A DNA stretch of 64,000 nt from assembly GCA_963775355.1 (NCBI GenBank), contig CAVZJA010000012.1, positions 14,795-78,794 on the forward strand. The letters run 5' to 3'. The translations under genes and the position numbers were made by a program. A model generated the notes under the pieces. The model was not told the origin of the DNA. It saw nothing but the letters and a program-made list of their open reading frames with translations, and ran no database searches. Of this stretch, positions 29,774 to 38,278 are shown piece after piece. Source of the stretch: an uncultured Actinomycetota bacterium (GTDB lineage Bacteria; Actinomycetota; Thermoleophilia; Gaiellales; Gaiellaceae). How positions within the stretch are numbered: position 1 is the stretch's first letter; every line of letters starts with the position of its first letter.

Positions 29774-30487
29774 GTGAGTCAGCGCTCGCCGACCCTCTTC
29801 CACTCGTTCGAGTACGCGTTCGAGGGGATCGTCCACGTGCTCCGGACGCAGCGGAACATGCGGATCCACTTCGCGGTCGCGGTGATCGTGCTCGTGATCG
29901 CGATCTGGGAGAACGTCACCAAGGCCGACCTGATCGCGCTCCTGCTCGCGATCGCCTTCGTGCTGATCACGGAGATGATCAACACGGCGATCGAGGGGGC
30001 GATCGATGTCGCGACGACGGAGTTCGACCCGCTGGCGAAGCTGGCGAAGGACATCGCTGCCGGCGCCGTCCTGATCGCGGCGATCAATGCCGTCGCCGTC
30101 GCCTACCTCGTCTTCTCCGGGAAGGCCGCCGTCCGCACGTCGAAGCTGATCGATCGGGTCCGCGATCAGCCCGGAGAGCTGACGATCGCGGCTTTCATCA
30201 TCGTGATCATCGCCGTGATCGCGATCAAGGCCGCGACCGGCCGCGGGACGCCGCTCCGGGGAGGCCTGCCGTCCGGCCACGCGGCTCTTGCCTTCGCCGC
30301 CTGGATCGCGATCACCTACGCCGCGGGCCCTGACCACCGCTTCCTGGTCTCGACGATCGCGCTGCTCGCAGCGCTCCTCGTCGCCCAGACCCGGGTCGAG
30401 TCCGGCGTCCATTCGTCGGTCGAAGTGCTGCTCGGAGGGATGCTCGGCGCACTGCTGACACTCGCGATCTTCCAGTTCTCCTCGTAG
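29774..30487 (+). CDS. dgkA: diacylglycerol kinase (DgkA) fused to a PAP2-type phosphatase domain
   Basis: The N-terminal half has FEYAFEGIVHV...EMINTAIEGAIDV (DgkA). The C-terminal half has PSGHAALAF...RVESGVHSSVEV (PAP2 motifs). The start is GTG 29774 or TTG 29750. Confidence 0.8.
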   Translation: MSQRSPTLFHSFEYAFEGIVHVLRTQRNMRIHFAVAVIVLVIAIWENVTKADLIALLLAIAFVLITEMINTAIEGAIDVATTEFDPLAKLAKDIAAGAVLIAAINAVAVAYLVFSGKAAVRTSKLIDRVRDQPGELTIAAFIIVIIAVIAIKAATGRGTPLRGGLPSGHAALAFAAWIAITYAAGPDHRFLVSTIALLAALLVAQTRVESGVHSSVEVLLGGMLGALLTLAIFQFSS

Positions 30488-30506
30488 CCGCTCCTACACT
30501 TCACCC

Positions 30507-30872
30507 GTGAGCGATCTCGTCGAGAAGGCCGAAGCAGCTGCTGCTGCCGCGTACGCCCCGTATTCCAACTACCTCGTGGGCGCCGTCGTCCGGGCGCGCG
30601 ACGGGCGTGAGTTCACCGGAGTGAACGTCGAGAACGCCGCCTACCCGCTCGGGATCTGCGCCGAGAAGACCGCGATCGGCGCCGCCGCAACCGCCGGAAT
30701 CCGCCCCGGGGACATCGAGGCCATCGGGATCACCGCATCACCCTGCGGCGGCTGCCGGCAGTGGCTCCACGAGTTCCGCATCGACCGGGTCAGCTACCGG
30801 GCCGCCGACGGCACAATCCACACCGTGACGACCGCCGAGCTCCTGCCCGACGGCTGGGACCTGCCCGAATGA
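30507..30872 (+). CDS. cdd: cytidine deaminase
   Basis: Zinc ligand motifs CAEKTAI and PCGGCRQ. 121 aa. Confidence 0.9.
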   Translation: MSDLVEKAEAAAAAAYAPYSNYLVGAVVRARDGREFTGVNVENAAYPLGICAEKTAIGAAATAGIRPGDIEAIGITASPCGGCRQWLHEFRIDRVSYRAADGTIHTVTTAELLPDGWDLPE

Positions 30873-31732
30873 GGTCGGGCTTCGCCGCCCTGACCGGGCG
30901 CCCGAACGTCGGCAAGTCGACGCTGGCGAACGCCCTCGTCGGTGAGAAGGTGGCGATCGTCTCTCGCATCCCCCACACGACGCGCCATCGCATCCGCGGC
31001 GTCTGGACGGAGGACGACGCGCAGCTCGTCCTCGTCGACCTGCCCGGCTGGCAGCGGCCGATCGACACGCTGACCGAGCGGATGCAGAGCCGGGTCGACG
31101 ACACGATCGCCGACGACCTCGACGTCGCGGTGCTCGTCGTCAACGCCCGAGAGAGGATCGGTGCAGGCGACCGGTACGTGGCCGGCCGCGTCTTCGAGCT
31201 CGGCTGCCCGGTCGTGACCGTCGTCAACAAGGTCGACCGTCTCAAGCCGGCTCACATCGTCGAGCAGATGAAGGCCGCCGCCGCCCTCGGGAAGTTCCAC
31301 TCGCTCCACCCGGTGAGCGCCAAGACCGGAGACGGGATCTCGGAGCTCCGCGCCGACCTGGTCGAGCTGTTGCCCGACGGCCCGATGCTCTACCCGGCAG
31401 GTGAGGTCACCGACATGCCGCTCGAGGCGAGGATCGCCGAGCTCGTCCGCGAGCAGGCGCTCCACGTGACCCGCGAGGAGGTGCCGCATGCGCTCACCGC
31501 CGAGGTGATCGAGATCGACGACCGCCGCGTCCACGTTCGGCTCTACACCGAGACCGAGAGCCAGAAGATGATCATGATCGGCAAGGGCGGCTCGATGGTG
31601 CGGGAGATCGGACGCCAGGCGCGCCCCGGCATCGAGGCGCTGCTCGGCCACACGATCTTCCTCGAGCTGCAGGTGAAGGCCTCGCCCAAGTGGCGGCGCA
31701 ACGAGACGATGCTCGAGCGGCTGGGGCTGTAA
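30869..31732 (+). CDS. era: GTPase Era
   Basis: GRPNVGKSTLANAL, DLPG, NKVD, and a C-terminal KH domain. There is an ATGA overlap with the cdd stop. Confidence 0.95.
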   Translation: MRSGFAALTGRPNVGKSTLANALVGEKVAIVSRIPHTTRHRIRGVWTEDDAQLVLVDLPGWQRPIDTLTERMQSRVDDTIADDLDVAVLVVNARERIGAGDRYVAGRVFELGCPVVTVVNKVDRLKPAHIVEQMKAAAALGKFHSLHPVSAKTGDGISELRADLVELLPDGPMLYPAGEVTDMPLEARIAELVREQALHVTREEVPHALTAEVIEIDDRRVHVRLYTETESQKMIMIGKGGSMVREIGRQARPGIEALLGHTIFLELQVKASPKWRRNETMLERLGL

Positions 31733-31736
31733 AGCC

Positions 31737-32234
31737 CTAGCCGGAGATCTTGTAGCCGGCGGCCGAGATTGCCGCGGTCGCGGTGCCGATCTTCTTCAAC
31801 GCCGCCATCTGACCGACCGTCTGGAGCGCCGCGAGCTTGCCGGCCTTGAGCTTCACGATCACCGGGTCGAGCTCGTCCGCGAACTCGCCGACCGCCGCAG
31901 TCAGGTTCCGGTGGGGGACCGCAACGTCCGCCGGCGGAGTCAGCGCCACAAGCTGCTTCTGGGCAGCGCGGAGGTCGGCTTGCAGCTTCACGAGGCTCGT
32001 CGCGGCGCTGGCCGCGGTGCTCGGGTCCACCGAGTTGATCGAGTTCGTCAGGCCCGTCCCGATCGCGATCATCTGCCTCGAGTAGACGAGCTTCGTCACC
32101 GGCTTCGCCGGGACGGTCGTCGTCGCCGCTGCGGCGGTCGTCGTGGTGGTACTGCTCTTGCTGCCGCCGCCGCACCCACCGGCCAGGAGGCCCGTCGCGC
32201 CGACGAGTAGCAGCATGGTGATCGCCTGTCTCAT
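31737..32234 (-). CDS. lipoprotein, function unknown
   Basis: Lipobox LLAGGCGG after MRQAITMLLLVGATG. The mature part is Thr/Ala-rich. Confidence 0.6.
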   Translation of the reverse strand: MRQAITMLLLVGATGLLAGGCGGGSKSSTTTTTAAAATTTVPAKPVTKLVYSRQMIAIGTGLTNSINSVDPSTAASAATSLVKLQADLRAAQKQLVALTPPADVAVPHRNLTAAVGEFADELDPVIVKLKAGKLAALQTVGQMAALKKIGTATAAISAAGYKISG

Positions 32235-32293
32235 GCCTGCAGTCCTACCCTAGCCGCTCGGGCGGCTCACATCGACTCATCTACACTCGACCG

Positions 32294-33232
32294 GTGGCCA
32301 AAGCGCCCGCACTCCCTGCCGGATTCGAGCTTCCGCTCAAGCAGCGGCTCCCGCGGATCGGCGCGATCGACCAGGTCGGCGTCGAGGGGCGCGCGGCAGA
32401 GCTCGCCAAGCGCAGCATCAAGAAGGACTCGAAGCTCTGGGCGCTCGAGCTCGCGATCCGCTGCTGCGACCTGACCACGCTCGAGGGCCAGGACACGCCC
32501 GGCAAGGTCTCGGCGCTCTGCAGCAAGGCGATCCGCCCCGATCCGACCGACCCGAACGTGCCGTCCGTGGCCGCAGTCTGCGTCTACCCCAACCTCGTGC
32601 CGACCGCGGTCGAGCGTCTCGCCGGCAGCGGCGTCAAGGTCGCCTCGGTCGCGACCGCGTTCCCGTCGGGGCAGAGCCCGCTCGACGTCAAGGTGCGCGA
32701 GGTCGAGGAGGTCGTCGCGCTCGGCGCCGACGAGGTCGACATGGTGATCGACCGCGGCGCGTTCCTCTCCGGCCGCTACGCGCTCGTCTACGACGAGATC
32801 GTGCGGGTGAAGGAGGCATGCGGCGAGGCGCACCTGAAGGTGATCCTCGAGGTGTCGGAGCTCGGCACCTACGACAACGTTCGGCGGGCCTCGCTGCTCG
32901 CGATGGCCGCCGGCGCCGACTTCATCAAGACCTCGACGGGAAAGCTCCCGGGCGCCGCGACGCTCCCGGTGCAGCTCGTGATGCTCGAGGCGATCCGCGA
33001 CGTGTTCGAGGACACCGGCCGCCGCGTCGGGATGAAGGCCGCCGGCGGGATCCGGGCGTCGAAGAACGCGATCCAGTACCTCGTCCAGGTGCACGAGACG
33101 CTCGGCCCCGAGTGGCTGACGCCCGATCTGTACCGGCTCGGCGCGTCGTCCCTCGTGAACGACATCCTGATGCAGATGCGCAAGGAGAAGACAGGCGCCT
33201 ACCAGTCGAAGGACTACTTCACGAATGACTGA
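32294..33232 (+). CDS. deoC: deoxyribose-phosphate aldolase (long form)
   Basis: DFIKTSTGK (Schiff-base Lys) and VDMVIDRG. 312 aa. Confidence 0.85.
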   Translation: MAKAPALPAGFELPLKQRLPRIGAIDQVGVEGRAAELAKRSIKKDSKLWALELAIRCCDLTTLEGQDTPGKVSALCSKAIRPDPTDPNVPSVAAVCVYPNLVPTAVERLAGSGVKVASVATAFPSGQSPLDVKVREVEEVVALGADEVDMVIDRGAFLSGRYALVYDEIVRVKEACGEAHLKVILEVSELGTYDNVRRASLLAMAAGADFIKTSTGKLPGAATLPVQLVMLEAIRDVFEDTGRRVGMKAAGGIRASKNAIQYLVQVHETLGPEWLTPDLYRLGASSLVNDILMQMRKEKTGAYQSKDYFTND

Positions 33233-34710
33233 GCTCTCGAAGCGAGGGTCGGCCTCCCCGGTTCCGGCGGACTGGACGTACGCCCCGGCCCCGGAGTCAC
33301 GCGACATCGTGTCGCTGCGGGAGCGCTACGGCCTGTTCGTCGGGGGCGAGTGGCTCGAGCCGCGCGCGGGCGAGTCGTTCACGACGATCTCTCCACGCGA
33401 CGAGGAGCCGCTCGCGCGAGATCGCGCAGGCGGGCGCCGAGGACGTGACGCTCGCGGTGGCGGCGGCGCGCGAGGCGTTCGGCACCTGGTCGGCTCTTCC
33501 CGGCTCCGACCGCGCGAAGTACCTGTTCCGGATCGCGCGCATCCTCCAGGAGCGGGCGCGCGAGTTCGCGGTGCTCGAGTCGCTGAACGGCGGGAAGCCG
33601 ATCAAGGAGTCCCGCGACGTCGACCTTCCGCTCGCCGCCGCGCATTTCTTCTACTACGCCGGTTGGGCCGACAAGCTCGAGTACGCCTTCCCGAACCGCT
33701 CACCGCGCCCGCTCGGGGTGGCGGGGCAGATCATCCCGTGGAACTTCCCGCTGCTGATGCTCGCCTGGAAGCTCGCGCCCGCGCTCGCCGCCGGCAACAC
33801 CGTCGTGCTCAAGCCGGCCGAGACGACGCCGCTCTCGGCGCTGCTCTTCTGCGATGTCGTGCGCCAGGCGGAGCTGCCGCCGGGCGTCGTGAACATCGTC
33901 ACCGGCGACGGCTCGACGGGCGCGGCGCTCGTCGACGCCGAGGTGGACAAGATCGCGTTCACCGGCTCGACCGACGTCGGCAAGGCGATCCAGCGGCGAC
34001 TTGCAGGCACCGGCAAGAAGCTGACGCTCGAGCTCGGGGGCAAGGCCGCGAACATCGTCTTCGACGACGCCGCGCTCGACCAGGCGGTCGAGGGGATCGT
34101 CAACGGCATCTACTTCAACCAGGGTCACGTCTGCTGCGCAGGCTCTCGGCTGTTCGTGCAGGAGTCGATCGCCGAGCCCGCGATCGAGAAGCTGAAGAAG
34201 CGGATGGCCACCCTCCGGGTCGGCGATCCGCTCGACAAGAACACCGACGTCGGGGCGATCAACTCGCGCGCGCAGCTCGAGAAGATCACCGAGCTCGTGG
34301 CCTCCGGCACCGCCGAGGGAGCCGAGATCTACCAGCCGCCGTGCCGGCTGCCCGAGAAGGGCTACTGGTTCGCGCCCACGGTGTTCACGAACGTCGCGCA
34401 GAGCTACCGGATCGCGCAGGAGGAGATCTTCGGGCCCGTGCTCTCCGTGCTCACGTTCCGCACGCCCGAAGAGGCGGTCGAGAAGGCGAACAACACGCCG
34501 TACGGGCTGTCGGCCGGTGTCTGGACGGAGAAGGGATCACGGATCCTCTGGATGGCCGACCGGCTTCGCGCGGGCGTCGTGTGGGCGAACACGTTCAACC
34601 GCTTCGACCCGGGGAGCCCGTTCGGGGGCTACAAGGAGTCCGGGTTCGGGCGCGAAGGCGGGCGGCACGGCCTCGAGCCGTACCTCGCTTTCGACAGGAA
34701 CGGTGATTGA
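33225..34710 (+). pseudogene. NAD-dependent aldehyde dehydrogenase, one +1 frameshift near 33415
   Basis: The N-terminus (LFVGGEWLEP...SPRDEEPLA) is in one frame. EIAQAGAEDVTLAVAAAREAF...LELGGKAANIVF...NQGHVCCAGSRLFV... is in the next. Removing one base from gcgCgag joins them. Confidence 0.85.
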
Positions 34711-35182
34711 GCTCCGACCCGCCGCGAGCTCCGACGAGGAGGCGCTGGCGGCGATCGACCGGGCGACCTGGTCGTCGATCTCGAGCCCGGCTCCGCCGCC
34801 GGGGAAGGGCTGGACGTTCTTCGATGATCGGCTGCGACCCGAGGATGTCGTCGTCGCGCTCGACGAGGGCGAGGTCGCCGGCTACGTGCGGCTCCAGCCG
34901 GTCTCGCCGCTCGCGTCGACGAGTCACGTGTTGCAGGTCAACGGGATCGCCGTCGACCCGGCGAGGCAGCGGCGCGGCGTGGGGCGGGCTCTCGTCGATG
35001 CGGCGATCGCGGAGGCGCGCCGCCGCGGAGCGCGGCGCCTGACGCTCCGGGTGCTCGGTGCGAACGAGGGCGCGAGGCAGCTGTACGAATCGGCCGGCTT
35101 CGTGGTCGAGGGCGTGCTGCGGGGACAGTTCCTGCTGGACGGCGTCTACGTCGACGACGTCTTCATGGCGCTCGAGCTCTAG
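34703..35182 (+). CDS. GNAT family N-acetyltransferase
   Basis: IAVDPARQRRGVGRALV...LYESAGFVVEG. The GTG start overlaps the ALDH stop. Confidence 0.8.
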   Translation: MIELRPAASSDEEALAAIDRATWSSISSPAPPPGKGWTFFDDRLRPEDVVVALDEGEVAGYVRLQPVSPLASTSHVLQVNGIAVDPARQRRGVGRALVDAAIAEARRRGARRLTLRVLGANEGARQLYESAGFVVEGVLRGQFLLDGVYVDDVFMALEL

Positions 35183-35234
35183 ACCCGACGATCCGTTTCG
35201 CGCGAGTAATCCCCAAGCCCGTATCCTCAGCGGC

Positions 35235-36032
35235 ATGGCCCGCCTGCCGGTCAAGAAGACGTACAAGCTCTTCATCGGCGGCGCGTTCCCGCGCTCGGAG
35301 TCGGGGCGCGTCTACGAGGCTCAGGGTCAGAACGTCGCGCGGGCCTCGCGAAAGGACGCTCGCGATGCCGTGACGGCTGCGCGCGCAGCGCAGCCGAAGT
35401 GGGCTGCGGCGACGGCGTACAACCGCGGCCAGGTGCTCTACCGGGTCGCCGAGATGATGGAGGCGCGGATTCCCGAGTTCGCCGAGCTGTCGTCGGGGCG
35501 GGACGAGGTCGAGCGCGCGATCGACCGTTGGGTCTGGTACGCCGGATTCGCCGACAAGCTGTCGCAGGTGCTCGGCGGTGCGAACGCCGTGTCCGGGCCG
35601 TACTTCAACTTCACCGTGCCGGAGCCCACCGGCGTCGTCGCCGTCGTCGCGCCGGAGGAGCCGCCGCTCCTCGGGCTCGTCTCTCGGATCGCGCCGGCGC
35701 TCGTCGGCGGCAACTCGGTTGTCGCGATCGCGTCGGAGGGCAAGCCGCTGGCGGCGGTCGAGCTGGCCGAGGCGCTCGCCACCAGCGACCTCCCGGGTGG
35801 CACGGTCAACCTGCTCACGGGCCATCGCTCGGAGCTGGCTCCGTGGCTCGCCTCGCACATGGACGTCAATGCGATCGACCTCACCGGCGCAGACGGGCTG
35901 CGCACAGATCTCGAACGGGCTGCCGCCGACAACGTCAAGCGCGTGATCCTGGGTGCTCCGGACTCGCAGAGCCTGTACGAGATCTCGGCATTCCTCGAGC
36001 TGAAGACGATCTGGCATCCGATCGGCGTTTGA
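35235..36032 (+). CDS. aldehyde dehydrogenase-like protein lacking the catalytic domain
   Basis: 265 aa. It has the ALDH N-terminal/NAD-binding half (KLFIGGAF..., VVAVVAPEEPPLLG..., LPGGTVNLLTG) and an ALDH-like extreme C-terminus (FLELKTIW). There is no ELGGK/catalytic Cys segment. Confidence 0.65.
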   Translation: MARLPVKKTYKLFIGGAFPRSESGRVYEAQGQNVARASRKDARDAVTAARAAQPKWAAATAYNRGQVLYRVAEMMEARIPEFAELSSGRDEVERAIDRWVWYAGFADKLSQVLGGANAVSGPYFNFTVPEPTGVVAVVAPEEPPLLGLVSRIAPALVGGNSVVAIASEGKPLAAVELAEALATSDLPGGTVNLLTGHRSELAPWLASHMDVNAIDLTGADGLRTDLERAAADNVKRVILGAPDSQSLYEISAFLELKTIWHPIGV

Positions 36033-36868
36033 GGGTCGAGATCCTCGGCTCGGGCGGCGCGGTCACCACCCCGCGGCCGGGGTGCATGTGCCGGGTCTGC
36101 GTCGAGGCCCGCGAGCGAGGCGCGCCCTACGCCCGCACCGGCCCGAGCGTGTTCGTGCACGGGCCGGACGTGCTGATCGACACGCCCGAGGAGTCGAAGC
36201 TGCAGCTGAACCGCTCGCAGGTGACGGCGATCGCCGCCGGCCTCTACTCCCACTGGCATCCCGACCACACCGCCGGCCGCCGCGTCTGGGAGTCGCGAAA
36301 CTTCGACTTCCGCTCCTGGCCGCGCCGCTTCGAGACGACCCCGATCTACGTCCCGAGGCGAGTGTGGGAGGACTTCGAGGCGAACTACGGCCTTGCCGAC
36401 CAGTTCCGGTTCATGGAGCGCCAGGGGACGGTGGAGGTCGTGCTGGTCGGGGAGAACGAGCCGTTCGAGGTGGGCGACACGCTCGTCACGGCGGTGCCGC
36501 TCGATGAGGAGAACGCACACGCCTTCCTGTTCGAGCGAGACGGGAAGCGCGTTCTCGTCGCGATGGACGAGACCCATGGGTGGACGCCGTCGGGGCTCGG
36601 GCCCCTCGATCTCGCCGTCCTGCCGATCGGGGTCTTCGAGCACCACCCGTACACCGGCGAGCGGCTGATCCCGGAGGAGTTCTGCAAGCCGCCTGTCAAG
36701 AAGACGCGGTACGGCCGGACGCTCGAGCTCGTGCGTGAGCTCGCGCCGCGGCGCGTGGTGCTCTCGCACGTCGAGGAGATGGACAGGCTCTCGCACGACG
36801 AGCTCGTCCGGCTCGGGTCGTCGGACGGCTGGGAGCCCGCGTTCGACGGCCTCATCGTCGATGCTTGA
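36029..36868 (+). CDS. MBL-fold metallo-hydrolase
   Basis: VLIDTP...YSHWHPDHTAG (HxHxDH). The TTG start overlaps the upstream stop. Confidence 0.75.
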   Translation: MRVEILGSGGAVTTPRPGCMCRVCVEARERGAPYARTGPSVFVHGPDVLIDTPEESKLQLNRSQVTAIAAGLYSHWHPDHTAGRRVWESRNFDFRSWPRRFETTPIYVPRRVWEDFEANYGLADQFRFMERQGTVEVVLVGENEPFEVGDTLVTAVPLDEENAHAFLFERDGKRVLVAMDETHGWTPSGLGPLDLAVLPIGVFEHHPYTGERLIPEEFCKPPVKKTRYGRTLELVRELAPRRVVLSHVEEMDRLSHDELVRLGSSDGWEPAFDGLIVDA

Positions 36869-37442
36869 CGGAAGGGCCGCGCCAGCGATTAGGCTTCGGC
36901 CGCAGGTGGGATCAACTCGACGGCTGAGCCAACGGATCTCCGAAGGCGACGGGATCGCGATCATCGTCCGCGTGGGCGATGCGGAGGCGGCGCGTGCCGC
37001 CCAGGAGCAGGGCGCAAAAGCGCTCGCCGTCGACCACGTGGTGGCCGGGATCCGCGACTCGAGCACGCTGCCCGTGCTGTGGCTCGCACCCGCGGCCCCG
37101 GGGGATGCGGACGTCGACGCGGTCGCGATCCGGCCGACCGGCGCCGATGCCGAGGGTCTCGAGACGGTGATCGAGGTTCGCGACGAGGACGAGCTCGAGG
37201 AGGTCTTCGAGGTGCGCGACCCCGAGATCGTCCTGATCTCGCCGCGGGAGAACGGGAAGGATCCGCTCGAGCTGGCGCTCGAGCTGCTGCCGGACGTCCC
37301 GGCCGGGAAGCTCGCGATAGCCGACGTCGACGTCGGCGACCGCGACGAGGTGCTGAAGCTCGAGCGCGCCGGCTTCGACGCGGTGCTCGTCGCCCCCGGC
37401 CACGTGGGCTCGCTCGTCGGGCACTCGCCTCCGGACGTCTAG
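36861..37442 (+). CDS. degenerate indole-3-glycerol-phosphate synthase-like (TIM barrel fragment) protein
   Basis: VIEVRDEDELEEVF, PEIVLISPREN and ERAGFDAVLV resemble the C-terminal half of TrpC, but the catalytic residues are not evident. The start is ATG 36861 or GTG 36906. Confidence 0.4.
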   Translation: MLDGRAAPAIRLRPQVGSTRRLSQRISEGDGIAIIVRVGDAEAARAAQEQGAKALAVDHVVAGIRDSSTLPVLWLAPAAPGDADVDAVAIRPTGADAEGLETVIEVRDEDELEEVFEVRDPEIVLISPRENGKDPLELALELLPDVPAGKLAIADVDVGDRDEVLKLERAGFDAVLVAPGHVGSLVGHSPPDV

Positions 37443-37466
37443 CAGCGAGTGCCCGCAGCGGACAGG

Positions 37467-37502
37467 TGTGGATCAACCGGCACGAAACCGGCACGAATCC
37501 GT
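37467..37502 (+). repeat. intergenic motif copy C (TGTGGA-N4-[AACCGGCACGA]x2)
   Basis: 27/36 identities with copy A over the core. It contains a perfect tandem 11-mer. Confidence 0.6.
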
Positions 37503-37648
37503 TGCTGACCGGGGTTTAGAATTGCTCTCGAGGGCGGAGGGGTGCGTCCCCACCCTATGGGCGGGGGTGCGGGTGTGGCCACTTGGACAGGCCCTTTCCG
37601 GCGCTCGGCGTGCAACTGGCGGCGGACCCCGTCTACCATGGTCCGGGC

Positions 37649-38278
37649 GTGAGAGCCTTGCTTGCATCGGCAGGTGTCCTTGCCGCAACCGTGCTGCTCG
37701 TCGCAGGCTGCGGCGGCGGGACGAAGACTGCGACCACCACCACGGCTGCGGCGCCCGCGAAGGCGACCTGTGCCTTCCGCCACGGCTGGCAGATGCTGGC
37801 CAACCGGATCGACGCTGACGTGTACTGCCCGGGCTGGCTGCCCGACCCGCTGACCTCGCAGATCAACGGGCAGTGGAGCAACATCAACTCGGTCAGCAAG
37901 GACCGGAGCTATCTCGAGAGCTTCGTCTGGCAGGACACCGACGGGCCCAACACGAGCGGCGAGCTGCACGTCAACCTTCGCGGATATCCCGACCGCACCA
38001 AGATGCCGCTGTGCCTCACGGGCCTGAAGGACACCATCCTCAAGCCCTGCTTCGCCGGCGCCCACGGCACGATCACGGCCGGCGGGATCAAAGCCAAGCT
38101 CTACACCGTCAACCAGGACGCCGACACGTGGCACCTGCTGCTGCTCTGGCATCACAACGACGGGCTCTACACCCTGTCTGAGCACCTGGCGCCGCCGCTC
38201 GACTACAAGAAAGTCATCGCGTATCTCAAGCGGGAGCTCGCCGGGCTCGTGCTGATCGCGCCGTCCCACTCGACGTGA
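37649..38278 (+). CDS. lipoprotein, function unknown
   Basis: VRALLASAGVLAATVLLVAGCGGG lipobox. Its stop overlaps the next start (GTGA). Confidence 0.6.
   Translation: MRALLASAGVLAATVLLVAGCGGGTKTATTTTAAAPAKATCAFRHGWQMLANRIDADVYCPGWLPDPLTSQINGQWSNINSVSKDRSYLESFVWQDTDGPNTSGELHVNLRGYPDRTKMPLCLTGLKDTILKPCFAGAHGTITAGGIKAKLYTVNQDADTWHLLLLWHHNDGLYTLSEHLAPPLDYKKVIAYLKRELAGLVLIAPSHST

Noticed and set aside
37488-37507. A sigma-54 type -24/-12 promoter (CGGCACGAATCCGTTGCT) in motif copy C.
   Set aside because: The GG-to-GC spacing is two nt longer than the TGGCAC-N5-TTGC consensus, the leading T is missing, and copies A and B lack TTGC.
37540-37585. A G-tract cluster (GGGG...GGG.GGGGG...GGG) as a G-quadruplex element upstream of the lipoprotein gene.
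   Set aside because: Such tracts are frequent by chance at this GC content. There is no repeat or conservation evidence available from the window alone.
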